IMG/VR virus record: IMGVR_UViG_3300006841_000093
Span: 1 to 64,000 of that record
DNA from: a virus
Reading direction: 5' to 3' (one strand)
DNA length: 64,000 bases
The notes below the pieces were generated by a model. The model worked only from the letters and a program-made list of their open reading frames with translations. It did not search any database and was not told the DNA's origin. Shown in pieces: positions 29,644 to 38,019 of the stretch. Numbering within the stretch: the first letter of the stretch is position 1; each line of letters starts with the position of its first letter. A program made the translations under genes and the position numbers.

Positions 29644-30636
29644 ATGCGAATTATTGATGATACTAAATTGGATTTTAGTGATGTTTTAATTACCCCCAAA
29701 AGATCTCAACTTACCTCACGCAAAGAAGCAGAACTCTCCAGACATTTTACCTTCAAACATTCAAATCACACTTGGACAGGAATTCCTATAATTGCGGCCA
29801 ATATGGATCATACAGGAACAATTGCTATGGCACATGTTCTTATGGAATATCCTATGCTTACAGCACTATGTAAGTTTGTTGAATCTTCTGAGTGGGGATG
29901 GAACAAAAATATAATAAGAACAGTCGGATTAGATCAAAATTTGGATGAACTACCTTATATGTCTGACTCGGCGCCATGGATTTGTCTTGATGTGGCGAAT
30001 GGATATACAGAACGATTTAATGATTATGTTGCATTAATGAGAGAACACGAAGCAACCAAAGGAAAAATAATCATAGCAGGAAATGTATGTACACCAGAAG
30101 CAACTGAACAAATAATTTTAGCAGGAGCAGATATTGTAAAGATAGGAATAGGTCCGGGCTCTGTTTGTACTACTCGTAAAATGACAGGGATAGGATATCC
30201 ACAATTATCTGCAATAATAGAATGTGCAGACGCGGCACATGGATTAGGTGGTCACATTGTTGCAGATGGTGGATGTACAGTAGTAGGAGATATAGCAAAG
30301 GCTTTTGGTGGTGGAGCAGATTTTGTAATGTTAGGTGGTATGTTAGCAGGACACAAAGAATGTGAAGGCGAAGTTGAAGATGATACAATGACATTTTATG
30401 GTATGTCTTCAGAAGAGGCACAACTCAAGTATTATGGTGAAAAGAAAACACATAGAGCATCAGAAGGAAAGAAAGTTCAAGTTCCATACAAAGGAAATGT
30501 TGCAGATACAATAGAAGAAATTTTAGGAGGATTACGAAGTTCTTGTACTTATGCCGGAGCACGAACATTAAAAGCATTACCAAAATGTTGTACATTTGTA
30601 AAAGTTAATAGACAATTAAATGAGGTATTTTCATGA
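29644..30636 (+). CDS. guaC: GMP reductase
   Basis: 'KLDFSDVLITPKRS', 'IIAANMD', 'LDVANGY', 'GIGPGSVCTTR', 'FYGMSS', 'RASEGK'. Confidence 0.93.
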   Translation: MRIIDDTKLDFSDVLITPKRSQLTSRKEAELSRHFTFKHSNHTWTGIPIIAANMDHTGTIAMAHVLMEYPMLTALCKFVESSEWGWNKNIIRTVGLDQNLDELPYMSDSAPWICLDVANGYTERFNDYVALMREHEATKGKIIIAGNVCTPEATEQIILAGADIVKIGIGPGSVCTTRKMTGIGYPQLSAIIECADAAHGLGGHIVADGGCTVVGDIAKAFGGGADFVMLGGMLAGHKECEGEVEDDTMTFYGMSSEEAQLKYYGEKKTHRASEGKKVQVPYKGNVADTIEEILGGLRSSCTYAGARTLKALPKCCTFVKVNRQLNEVFS

Positions 30637-31091
30637 GTGTAGATTTATGGTATGGATGGAGAGAAATGCGAAGAGATGTAAATACTCTTTGTAGAGAAAT
30701 AACATTAGATAAATTTAATCCTGAAGTTGTAGTAGGAATTTCAAGAGGTGGACTATTACCAGGCGTTATGATGTCACATTGGATGGAAAAACCATTTAAA
30801 CCAATTAAAGCGGCACTTAGAGATCATCCCGAATGGGAAGATTATTTACCAAGAAAAACAGATAAGCGTGTTTTAATTGTAGATGATGTATGTGATTCTG
30901 GTGAAACTTTTCATAAAATGAGAAACCACATTACAGAAAGAGCCAATGGAGTAGATGTTAGATTTGCTACTCTTTGGTGGAATAATGAGTGTAATTTTGA
31001 ACCTCATTATTATGCACAGCAATGTGCAAAGGATTCAGAAAATATCTGGATTCATTTCCCGTGGGAGAATTGGTGGAATTCTCCTAATTAA
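30633..31091 (+). CDS. Phosphoribosyltransferase (xanthine/hypoxanthine-guanine PRT-like)
   Basis: 'VVGISRGGL', PRPP-binding 'VLIVDDVCDSGET', 'WIHFPWE'. Confidence 0.85.
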   Translation: MSVDLWYGWREMRRDVNTLCREITLDKFNPEVVVGISRGGLLPGVMMSHWMEKPFKPIKAALRDHPEWEDYLPRKTDKRVLIVDDVCDSGETFHKMRNHITERANGVDVRFATLWWNNECNFEPHYYAQQCAKDSENIWIHFPWENWWNSPN

Positions 31092-31116
31092 CAATAAAAC
31101 TCGGAAGGAGTTAAAT

Positions 31117-32205
31117 ATGAAGAAAATTATTGCTATTTTAGCAGTTACGGCTCTTGTTGTAACTACTGGAATAATGGCAGTTGGTAAAAAAGTACCTTCA
31201 GTTGGTTATGTTTTAGTGGGACCAAAAAACGATGGTGGTTGGTCAATGAGACATTATCATGGTTTCATGTCCTTAAAAAAACATGGTTATAATGTATCTG
31301 GTGTTGAAATGGTGCCAGAAGCAGAATCAACAAAAGTATTCCGAAAATTAGCACGAAAACATGATATTGTTTTTGCAACATCTTTCGGTTATATGGATCA
31401 CATGTTGAAAGCTGCAAAGAAAGATTCTAGTACAGTTTTTATGCACGCCACAGGATATAAGGGTAATGATACAAATATGGACAACTACGTTTGTCATTCA
31501 TTCCAAGCACGATACCTCACAGGAATTGCAGCTGGAATGTTGACAAAAACAAATAAGATTGGTGTAGTTGGTTCACACCCAATTCCTGAAATTATTCGTA
31601 ACATTAATGCTCTAACTATTGGAGCCCAAACAGTAAATCCAGACATTGAAGTGAATATCGTATGGATTAATTCGTGGTTTGATCCGCCTAAAGATATGGA
31701 TGCGGCCAAAGCACTTTTGGAATCTGGAAATGATATACTTTATACAACAACCGATTCACCTAGTGTAGTTTCTCTTGCTCAAAAAGCATGGAAAACTGAG
31801 GGTAAGGAAGTATGGAGTATGGGCAATGATGCACCTATGGGAAGTAACGGCCCAGACAGATACATCACAGGAATGATGTTTAATTGGAATGTTCTTTACA
31901 AACATATAGTTGATCAACTTGCAGAAGGTAAACTTCAAATGAATCAACGTTGGGCATGGGGATTACAAGAAAATTGTGTAGCTCTATCGCCGTGGGGTAA
32001 AAATGTTCCAGGTGATGTAGTGAATAAAGTTGAAACTATCAAGATGCAATGGATTCAAGATGATCTAGGTACATACTTTCCTTTTGATCAAGGAGTTACA
32101 AAAGCAGATGGTAGTACAGTTGGTAAAGGTGAAATTGCAAGACCTCAATTAGAAACTATGCAATATTTTGTCAAAGGAGTGGCTTCACCATTTCCTGTAA
32201 AATAA
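31117..32205 (+). CDS. BMP/PnrA-family purine-nucleoside substrate-binding protein
   Basis: Signal peptide; 'DGGWS..HY', 'VFATSFGYMD', 'YLTGIAAG.LTKTNKIGVVG', 'WINSWFDPPK'. Confidence 0.9.
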   Translation: MKKIIAILAVTALVVTTGIMAVGKKVPSVGYVLVGPKNDGGWSMRHYHGFMSLKKHGYNVSGVEMVPEAESTKVFRKLARKHDIVFATSFGYMDHMLKAAKKDSSTVFMHATGYKGNDTNMDNYVCHSFQARYLTGIAAGMLTKTNKIGVVGSHPIPEIIRNINALTIGAQTVNPDIEVNIVWINSWFDPPKDMDAAKALLESGNDILYTTTDSPSVVSLAQKAWKTEGKEVWSMGNDAPMGSNGPDRYITGMMFNWNVLYKHIVDQLAEGKLQMNQRWAWGLQENCVALSPWGKNVPGDVVNKVETIKMQWIQDDLGTYFPFDQGVTKADGSTVGKGEIARPQLETMQYFVKGVASPFPVK

Positions 32206-32208
32206 TAA

Positions 32209-32244
32209 TTGGGGATGCCCTCATGGATGAGAAATTCCCCCCAA
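32209..32244 (+). other. Intergenic stem-loop between the BMP and permease genes
   Basis: TTGGGGA...TTCCCC outer stem enclosing a CTCAT-GG-ATGAG hairpin. Confidence 0.45.
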
Positions 32245-32263
32245 AAGAAAATGAAAGGTTAAT

Positions 32264-33397
32264 ATGGAAGGTCTGTTAGAAAGCATTTTAACAGCGGTTG
32301 CGGTGGTGATTAATGGTATACCTCAAGGGATTTTAGCACTATCTTTTGGGTTTGCCGCCTTTCCTACTGCAATAGCATTCGTTATTGGTATTATAGGATC
32401 AATAGCATTTGCTTCAGTAGCAACTATTTCGTTTCAAGCAGAAACGATTACATTAGCCGGTACTTTAGGTAAAACTATGAAAGAGAGGTTATCTCTCATA
32501 TTTTGGGGTGCCGCATTATTGTTGATTCCGTCATTGCTAGGAATGAACGAAGCACTTGTACAGTTTATCGGTCCGATTGTTGTCACATCGATGATGTGTG
32601 GAGTTGGATTGATGCTTGCAAATGTGTCAATAGATTTGTTTAATTCAGAAAAATGGACAGGCATAGTCTCTATGGTTAGTGCCTTGGCTGTTTGGTTTTG
32701 GACAAAAGATTTGGCATGGACAATTATTTCTTCTGTACTTATTTCTACTGCATTTTACGTTTTACTTAAACAAAATGCAATGTTACGAGAAACATTGGGA
32801 GTAGAAATAGAAGAGATTGAAGTTGATAAGTCAAGAGAAAAATTCACTACAGGAAATATTGAGTGGAAGTTTTGGACAAATAAAAATATTGTTTTAGGCG
32901 CATTATCTCTTGCGTGTCTAAACATTGGTGCAAATATCTCATTTGGTAAGATTACAGGATCTATTGCGGGTGCAAATACAAATATAGACCATTTAGCAAT
33001 TTATTCAAGTCTTGCAGACATGGGATCTGCATTCTTTGGTGGTGGGCCGGTTGAGGCAATCATCTCAGGAACTGCTGCAGCTCCAATGCCTATAGTTGCA
33101 TCTTGTATTATGATGGGAATTATGGCAGTCATACTTTTGACTAAATTACTTCCTGTTATTGGACAATATGTTCATCGTGCATCTATTGCGGGATTTCTTT
33201 TTGTCTTAGGAGTATTCGTTACTTTCATGACAAACATTAATGGTGCAATAGCTCAAGGTGGTGAATTTGCTGGCCCATACGGATTCGGTCCAATGGGAAT
33301 GGTAATTGGTGCAACCGCCTTTGTAACTATGAAGTGGAATCCTTTTTATGGATTAGTTGCAGGATTTGTTACTCAAATGATTTTTGTGGGAGCATAA
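32264..33397 (+). CDS. NCS2/AzgA-like nucleobase permease
   Basis: Highly hydrophobic, about 10-12 TM; 'FGGGPVEAIISGTAAA'; purine-gene context. Confidence 0.7.
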   Translation: MEGLLESILTAVAVVINGIPQGILALSFGFAAFPTAIAFVIGIIGSIAFASVATISFQAETITLAGTLGKTMKERLSLIFWGAALLLIPSLLGMNEALVQFIGPIVVTSMMCGVGLMLANVSIDLFNSEKWTGIVSMVSALAVWFWTKDLAWTIISSVLISTAFYVLLKQNAMLRETLGVEIEEIEVDKSREKFTTGNIEWKFWTNKNIVLGALSLACLNIGANISFGKITGSIAGANTNIDHLAIYSSLADMGSAFFGGGPVEAIISGTAAAPMPIVASCIMMGIMAVILLTKLLPVIGQYVHRASIAGFLFVLGVFVTFMTNINGAIAQGGEFAGPYGFGPMGMVIGATAFVTMKWNPFYGLVAGFVTQMIFVGA

Positions 33398-33952
33398 ATG
33401 GAAACGTATACTCTTAACGTAGCAGGTCTACAACGAGAGTTACCCAAAGTACAAATTAATGACGAGCTCGCAATAGCGAGCTTTGTCATGTTTGGTGACA
33501 CTCAGTTGATAGAATCTTGTGCAGAAGCAATTATTTTACATGCAGATTTTCCAAATCCTGTAAGTCAAATTGATATTTTGTGTTCGCCTGAAGCAAAATC
33601 AATTCCTTTAGTTCATGCTGTTGCGAGAAGATTAAATGTAGATTATGTGATTGCAAGAAAATCTGTTAAAGGATATATGTCTGAACCAATGGTTGAGAAA
33701 GTTCAATCTATCACGACAATAGGAGCTCAAACTCTTGTACTTGATAAGAGTGATGTTGAAAAATTAGAAGGTAAAAATATTTGTATAGTTGATGATGTTG
33801 TATCTACTGGTGGTTCAATTATTGGATTAGAAAATATGTTAAAAAAGATTGAATGTAATATAGTATGTAAAGCGGCGGTCTTATTGGAAGAGGCCGGTTA
33901 TGATAAAGATGATCTAGTGTATCTAGAAAAATTACCAATTTTTAAAGTATGA
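33398..33952 (+). CDS. Adenine-PRT-like phosphoribosyltransferase
   Basis: 'PEAKSIPL', 'IARKSVKGYM', 'ICIVDDVVSTGGS'. Confidence 0.88.
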   Translation: METYTLNVAGLQRELPKVQINDELAIASFVMFGDTQLIESCAEAIILHADFPNPVSQIDILCSPEAKSIPLVHAVARRLNVDYVIARKSVKGYMSEPMVEKVQSITTIGAQTLVLDKSDVEKLEGKNICIVDDVVSTGGSIIGLENMLKKIECNIVCKAAVLLEEAGYDKDDLVYLEKLPIFKV

Positions 33953-34338
33953 TTGATTTATTTCAAAAGGTAGATTTCAAATCCCACGCAGGATTAGATT
34001 TGAAATGGAAAATCGAAATGGATGCACTTTCACATGGAGAGTGGGAGTGTATTGCTCAAATGATTATGGAACTTTCTCCCCCATTTAAAGAAGCAATTGG
34101 AATTCCTAGAGGTGGTAATATACTAGGAAAATTAATGAATAAACACGGCACAGGAAAAAGAGAAGATCCAATATGTATTGTTGATGATGTCCTTACTACA
34201 GGCGGATCAATGAATGAATTTAGAACAAAGAGACATTGGAGAAACCCATCTAAGTACATTGGATGGGTAGTTTTTGCTAGATCAAAACCTCCAGATTGGG
34301 TAACTGCCCTTTTTCAAATGCCATCAACTACTAAATAG
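33949..34338 (+). CDS. Short orotate-PRT-like phosphoribosyltransferase
   Basis: 'FKSHAGLDLKWKIEMDAL', 'GIPRGG', 'IVDDVLTTGGS'. Confidence 0.75.
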   Translation: MIDLFQKVDFKSHAGLDLKWKIEMDALSHGEWECIAQMIMELSPPFKEAIGIPRGGNILGKLMNKHGTGKREDPICIVDDVLTTGGSMNEFRTKRHWRNPSKYIGWVVFARSKPPDWVTALFQMPSTTK

Positions 34339-34559
34339 TTTTTTATGGCTGCGGGGGTAGGATTCGAACCTACAGATTTTCTGCCAACAACAGATCGCGT
34401 TTGCCGGTTTCGCCACCCCGCAGTAAGTTTTTCAGCTCTTTTCGTTTGTTCTTCTAATGTTAGTTTTCCTAATTCACGTGCTCCTCTATTTAATTCCTCA
34501 ATAACTTTATAAATATCGTTTGGCTCATAAATTGGAATAACTTTCTTACTCTTCATCAT
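34314..34559 (-). CDS. Hypothetical protein whose 3' half reads through the tRNA-like element
   Basis: ATG overlaps the end of the AsnRS-like gene; no stop before the tRNA. Confidence 0.45.
   Translation of the reverse strand: MMKSKKVIPIYEPNDIYKVIEELNRGARELGKLTLEEQTKRAEKLTAGWRNRQTRSVVGRKSVGSNPTPAAIKNYLVVDGI
34346..34422 (-). tRNA. Atypical tRNA(-like), anticodon GTT (Asn)
   Basis: TGCGGGG/CCCCGCA acceptor, G73, encoded CCA, T arm GTAGG-TTCGAAT-CCTAC, D arm GCG..CGC; anticodon arm ATCTG-TTGTTGG-CAGAA has an A-A mismatch and G37. Confidence 0.7.
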
Positions 34560-35433
34560 TTTTAAGAATCAAATTAGCACGTTTCATTGCACTAATCATT
34601 CTAGTTACACCGATTCCGCCCCCATATCTAGGTATAAAATCGTGTGATAAAAATTCATCGAGTTCAGCTTCTACTCTTTCTTTTCCGAATAGATTAAATA
34701 ACAAGTCTGCATAACCGCCTTCAGAGATAGTATAGAATTGTTTTCTCATTTCATCAACATCTGTACCACGTTCAGCACTACCGATAGTTTCCATGCCTCC
34801 CATGATAACATCACATTTATTAGCAAGCTTATGTTGTTTTTTTACATCCATTTCACCAAGTTTCATATTCCAAAAAGGACTTGTAGATTGGGGAAAATGT
34901 GTTAGAAAAAATACATCACCATATTCTTGATACATTTCTTCTTCATGGTGGGCTTCTAATTCTGAGCCAGTATATTTTGCTAATACACTCTGATAAAATC
35001 CGCCAGGAAAATCTTCAGTATACATATTTTTTTCAATTCCGGCTTTAAATCCAAGATGTTTACAAAGATCATTTTCCATTTGAAGAAGATCCTCAAAATC
35101 ACCAGGAGCTTCAAATTCAAACATAGGAAAAATTAATTCATGTCTCCCCTCTTTTGGATTTTGTTCTTGTCGATATGAAGTTGATAAACAATAACATCCA
35201 GCAAGTTCAGGTCTTGTCAGTAGTTCATATTCTAACCACATTTGACCAGTTTGAGGAAGTGGCCAGATTTGTCCTGAATATTCGTATGTAGCAACAGTAG
35301 TAGGATCTTCACATGCTGCTAAAATAGATAATCTGTTTTGGGTATGTACTTCTTGAAATCCTCTATCATCAAAAAAGGATCGTAGTTGGCGAGTTACTTC
35401 TGTGAAATCATAAGGTGATATAATTGAGCTCAT
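34546..35433 (-). CDS. Class II aaRS catalytic-domain paralog (AsnRS/AspRS-like, archaeal-type asparagine synthetase-like), no anticodon-binding domain
   Basis: Motif 2 'SYRQEQNPKEGRHELIFPMFEFE', 'ETIGSAER', motif 3 'PRYGGGIGVTRM'; only 295 aa. Confidence 0.8.
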   Translation of the reverse strand: MSSIISPYDFTEVTRQLRSFFDDRGFQEVHTQNRLSILAACEDPTTVATYEYSGQIWPLPQTGQMWLEYELLTRPELAGCYCLSTSYRQEQNPKEGRHELIFPMFEFEAPGDFEDLLQMENDLCKHLGFKAGIEKNMYTEDFPGGFYQSVLAKYTGSELEAHHEEEMYQEYGDVFFLTHFPQSTSPFWNMKLGEMDVKKQHKLANKCDVIMGGMETIGSAERGTDVDEMRKQFYTISEGGYADLLFNLFGKERVEAELDEFLSHDFIPRYGGGIGVTRMISAMKRANLILKNDEE

Positions 35434-35486
35434 TTCTCCTTTCCAAAAAAATAATCACTAGTGAGCTTTCAGTAGAGATTTCTTTT

Positions 35487-35494
35487 TATTTATA
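35487..35494 (-). promoter_or_regulatory. T4-type late promoter on the minus strand for the AsnRS-like/tRNA unit
   Basis: TATTTATA on the + strand is TATAAATA on the - strand, about 55 nt upstream of the ATG. Confidence 0.6.
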
Positions 35495-35506
35495 AAATTT
35501 GATTTC

Positions 35507-35534
35507 TTGACAAAATGGAAAACTATGATATAAT
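35507..35534 (+). promoter_or_regulatory. Sigma70-like promoter (TTGACA-N16-TATAAT)
   Basis: TTGACA at 35507, TATAAT at 35529. Confidence 0.8.
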
Positions 35535-35563
35535 AATAGTAAATAAATATTTAAAAGGAAGAA

Positions 35564-36529
35564 ATGCGATTAAAATCTAACAAAGTACCACACGGACAAG
35601 ATATATTGAACCCAGAATGGCCAGATGCTAAATGGGATGTTGGTGGACTGTTTGTACATGATGATAATATTTTTCAGCTTTTAGATAATATAAAGCAAAG
35701 ATATGATTGTGTATTACCAATTACTTCAGTATTTGGATGTTATAATGTGAGATGGCAGGGAGGTAGAACCGCCTGTACTTCACCTATTAGTAATTATAGT
35801 GGATGGACACCAGAAGATTTAATTAGACAATATAACGATAGAGGAATCGGAGTTACATTTACTTTTTCCAATACTTTAATCAAAGAAGAACATTTATCAG
35901 ATCCAAGTTGTAATTATTTGTTAGATATTTTAGCAACACAAGGATATGAAAATAATGCAGTTGCTATTACTTGTGATATTTTGTCAGATTACATTAGAAA
36001 TAAATGGCCACATGTAACACAAAAAGCATCGATTGTAAAACTAGCATCAGAAATGCCTAAGAGAAGAACATTTGAATATTACGAAAGTTTATTTGAAAAA
36101 TATGATAAAATATATTTACATCCAGATGATAATCTTAATCTTAGACTATGTGAAAAAATAGCAGAATCTGGAAAAGTTGATAAGTATGAACTTTTAGTGA
36201 ACGAAAAATGTACTATAAATTGTAGTATACGAAAAGAACATTATGATGAAACTTCTTCAGCAGTTATAGAAGGATGGCATGGAATGTTTAATTTTTCTAA
36301 TGTTGATTTTATTCATAATCCTAGTCACCCCAATAGTATATGTGAAAGGTGGACAAAATCAGACTTAAGATCGTGTGTGCTCTCTAAGGCCGAATTTAAA
36401 GAACTTTATGATATGGGATTTCGAAATTTTAAATTACAAGGAAGAGATGCACCGTGGGGATTTGTAAATTATAATATTTCAGATTGGTTAGTAGAACAAG
36501 ATACCATTGCACCAATGTTAAATTTTTAA
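35564..36529 (+). CDS. U32-peptidase-related (Fe-S hydroxylase-like) protein
   Basis: 'LLVNEKCTINC', late Cys residues and C-terminal 'FKLQGRD' resemble the U32 family 'LKIEGR'. Confidence 0.55.
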   Translation: MRLKSNKVPHGQDILNPEWPDAKWDVGGLFVHDDNIFQLLDNIKQRYDCVLPITSVFGCYNVRWQGGRTACTSPISNYSGWTPEDLIRQYNDRGIGVTFTFSNTLIKEEHLSDPSCNYLLDILATQGYENNAVAITCDILSDYIRNKWPHVTQKASIVKLASEMPKRRTFEYYESLFEKYDKIYLHPDDNLNLRLCEKIAESGKVDKYELLVNEKCTINCSIRKEHYDETSSAVIEGWHGMFNFSNVDFIHNPSHPNSICERWTKSDLRSCVLSKAEFKELYDMGFRNFKLQGRDAPWGFVNYNISDWLVEQDTIAPMLNF

Positions 36530-36530
36530 T

Positions 36531-37715
36531 ATGTTAAATTTAAAATCATTCATTGTGGATGATGAGTTGATAATTGATAAACCAAATTGGTATAAACTCA
36601 AAAATGAGTATTCACAACAAGAATTGAAAGATGCAATATCTGATACTATTGAGGGCTTACCATTACCATTATTTCCAATTACCGAAAAAGAAGCTAAAGA
36701 AGAATTTGAAGAATTAGTAAAGTTTGATGCAAGAACTTTATTAACTAAAGACAATCTGTATTCCAAAGCAGATTACAAGTATGAGTTGTCTCATTGGTAT
36801 TTAAAAAATAGTGTAGTGGGTAGAAAATCATCTAATTATTTTCATCAACTTGCTAGGTGGAGAGTACAACATGCAAGACATACTAGCCCCTATCGTTCTT
36901 GGACTATTAAAAAATTCCATCAAACATTTTTAAATCCTCTATGGACATTAAGTATGCCAGAGGTAAATAGTAAATATTTAAGAATGTGTATTCAAATGAG
37001 AATGTATATGGCGGCACAATATCCACCAGCAGTAGCAAAATCTCTTTACAATTTATTTGAAGCAAAAGATGTTTTAGATTTTTCTATGGGGTGGGGTGAT
37101 AGATTGGCAGGATTTCACGCCTCTAATGCAGAAAGTTATACAGGCATTGATCCTAATGAAGAAGTGATGAAAAATTATCCAAGACAAAATGAACTTTATG
37201 AAACTTATAAGAAAACAAAATTTATACAAGCTCCTGCTGAAGATGTGGACTTGAGTGATAGTGAATTTGATATGGTCTTTACATCGCCACCATATTTTCA
37301 TGTTGAAAGATATGCAGATGATGAAACACAATCTTGGAAACGATATGGAAAAGATATAGATGTTTGGTTAGGAGATTTTCTATTTCCAGTTTTGGAAAAA
37401 TGTTGGAACTCCTTAAAGGATGGTGGAACAATGATTGTCAATATAGCAGATGTATATGCAACAGATAAAGGACAAAATAAATCTTATGTATCTATTTGTG
37501 ATCCTATGAACGATTTTATAAAAACCCTTCCACAATCAGAATATACGGGATGTATCGGACTACAATTAAATCGAAGGCCTGGAAGTAATAATGATAAGCC
37601 AGAGTCAAAGAATAAAAAAATTATTGAACCAATGTGGGTATGGAAAAAAGGAGATGATAGGACATTGGATCAAATAATTGATGATACTTCCCCCTTAAGC
37701 AAATTTTTTCAATAA
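36531..37715 (+). CDS. Amino-DNA methyltransferase-like protein (SPPY type), copy 1
   Basis: Motif I 'DFSMGWGDRLAG', motif IV 'FTSPPYF'; C-terminal SPLSKFFQ. Confidence 0.85.
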   Translation: MLNLKSFIVDDELIIDKPNWYKLKNEYSQQELKDAISDTIEGLPLPLFPITEKEAKEEFEELVKFDARTLLTKDNLYSKADYKYELSHWYLKNSVVGRKSSNYFHQLARWRVQHARHTSPYRSWTIKKFHQTFLNPLWTLSMPEVNSKYLRMCIQMRMYMAAQYPPAVAKSLYNLFEAKDVLDFSMGWGDRLAGFHASNAESYTGIDPNEEVMKNYPRQNELYETYKKTKFIQAPAEDVDLSDSEFDMVFTSPPYFHVERYADDETQSWKRYGKDIDVWLGDFLFPVLEKCWNSLKDGGTMIVNIADVYATDKGQNKSYVSICDPMNDFIKTLPQSEYTGCIGLQLNRRPGSNNDKPESKNKKIIEPMWVWKKGDDRTLDQIIDDTSPLSKFFQ

Positions 37716-37720
37716 AAGAC

Positions 37721-37765
37721 TTGACATTTCACCCCAATTGTGCTATACTATAAGTAAACAATGAG
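37721..37765 (+). promoter_or_regulatory. Early promoter cassette copy 1 (TTGACA-N17-TATACT ... AAACAATGAG)
   Basis: Drives the structured leader and tRNA-Tyr. Confidence 0.75.
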
Positions 37766-37841
37766 AATTGTTGATGTGGGCCGGTGAGTGTAGGTACTTA
37801 CTGGGAGCCTATGAGGATGGGGCGGGTCATAGGATTTCAAT

Positions 37842-37926
37842 GGGGAGGCTGAGCACGTGGTGAGCCCAACGGACTGTAAATCCGCCGGATATTCCTGTGA
37901 AGGTTCGACTCCTTCTCTCCCCACCA
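37842..37926 (+). tRNA. tRNA-Tyr(GTA)
   Basis: GGGGAGG/TCTCCCC acceptor, anticodon loop CTGTAAA, long variable arm, GAAGG-TTCGACT-CCTTC, A73 + CCA. Confidence 0.93.
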
Positions 37927-37938
37927 AAAAAAACTTTT

Positions 37939-37993
37939 AATAAACACTTGACATTTTCCCTATTTTCATGGTATAATATAATTAAACAATGAG
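37939..37993 (+). promoter_or_regulatory. Early promoter cassette copy 2 (TTGACA-N18-TATAAT ... AAACAATGAG)
   Basis: TAAACACTTGACA...TGGTATAATATAATTAAACAATGAG upstream of the cobT-like gene. Confidence 0.85.
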
Positions 37994-38019
37994 AGAAAAA
38001 CTTCTTTTAGAGAGAATTT

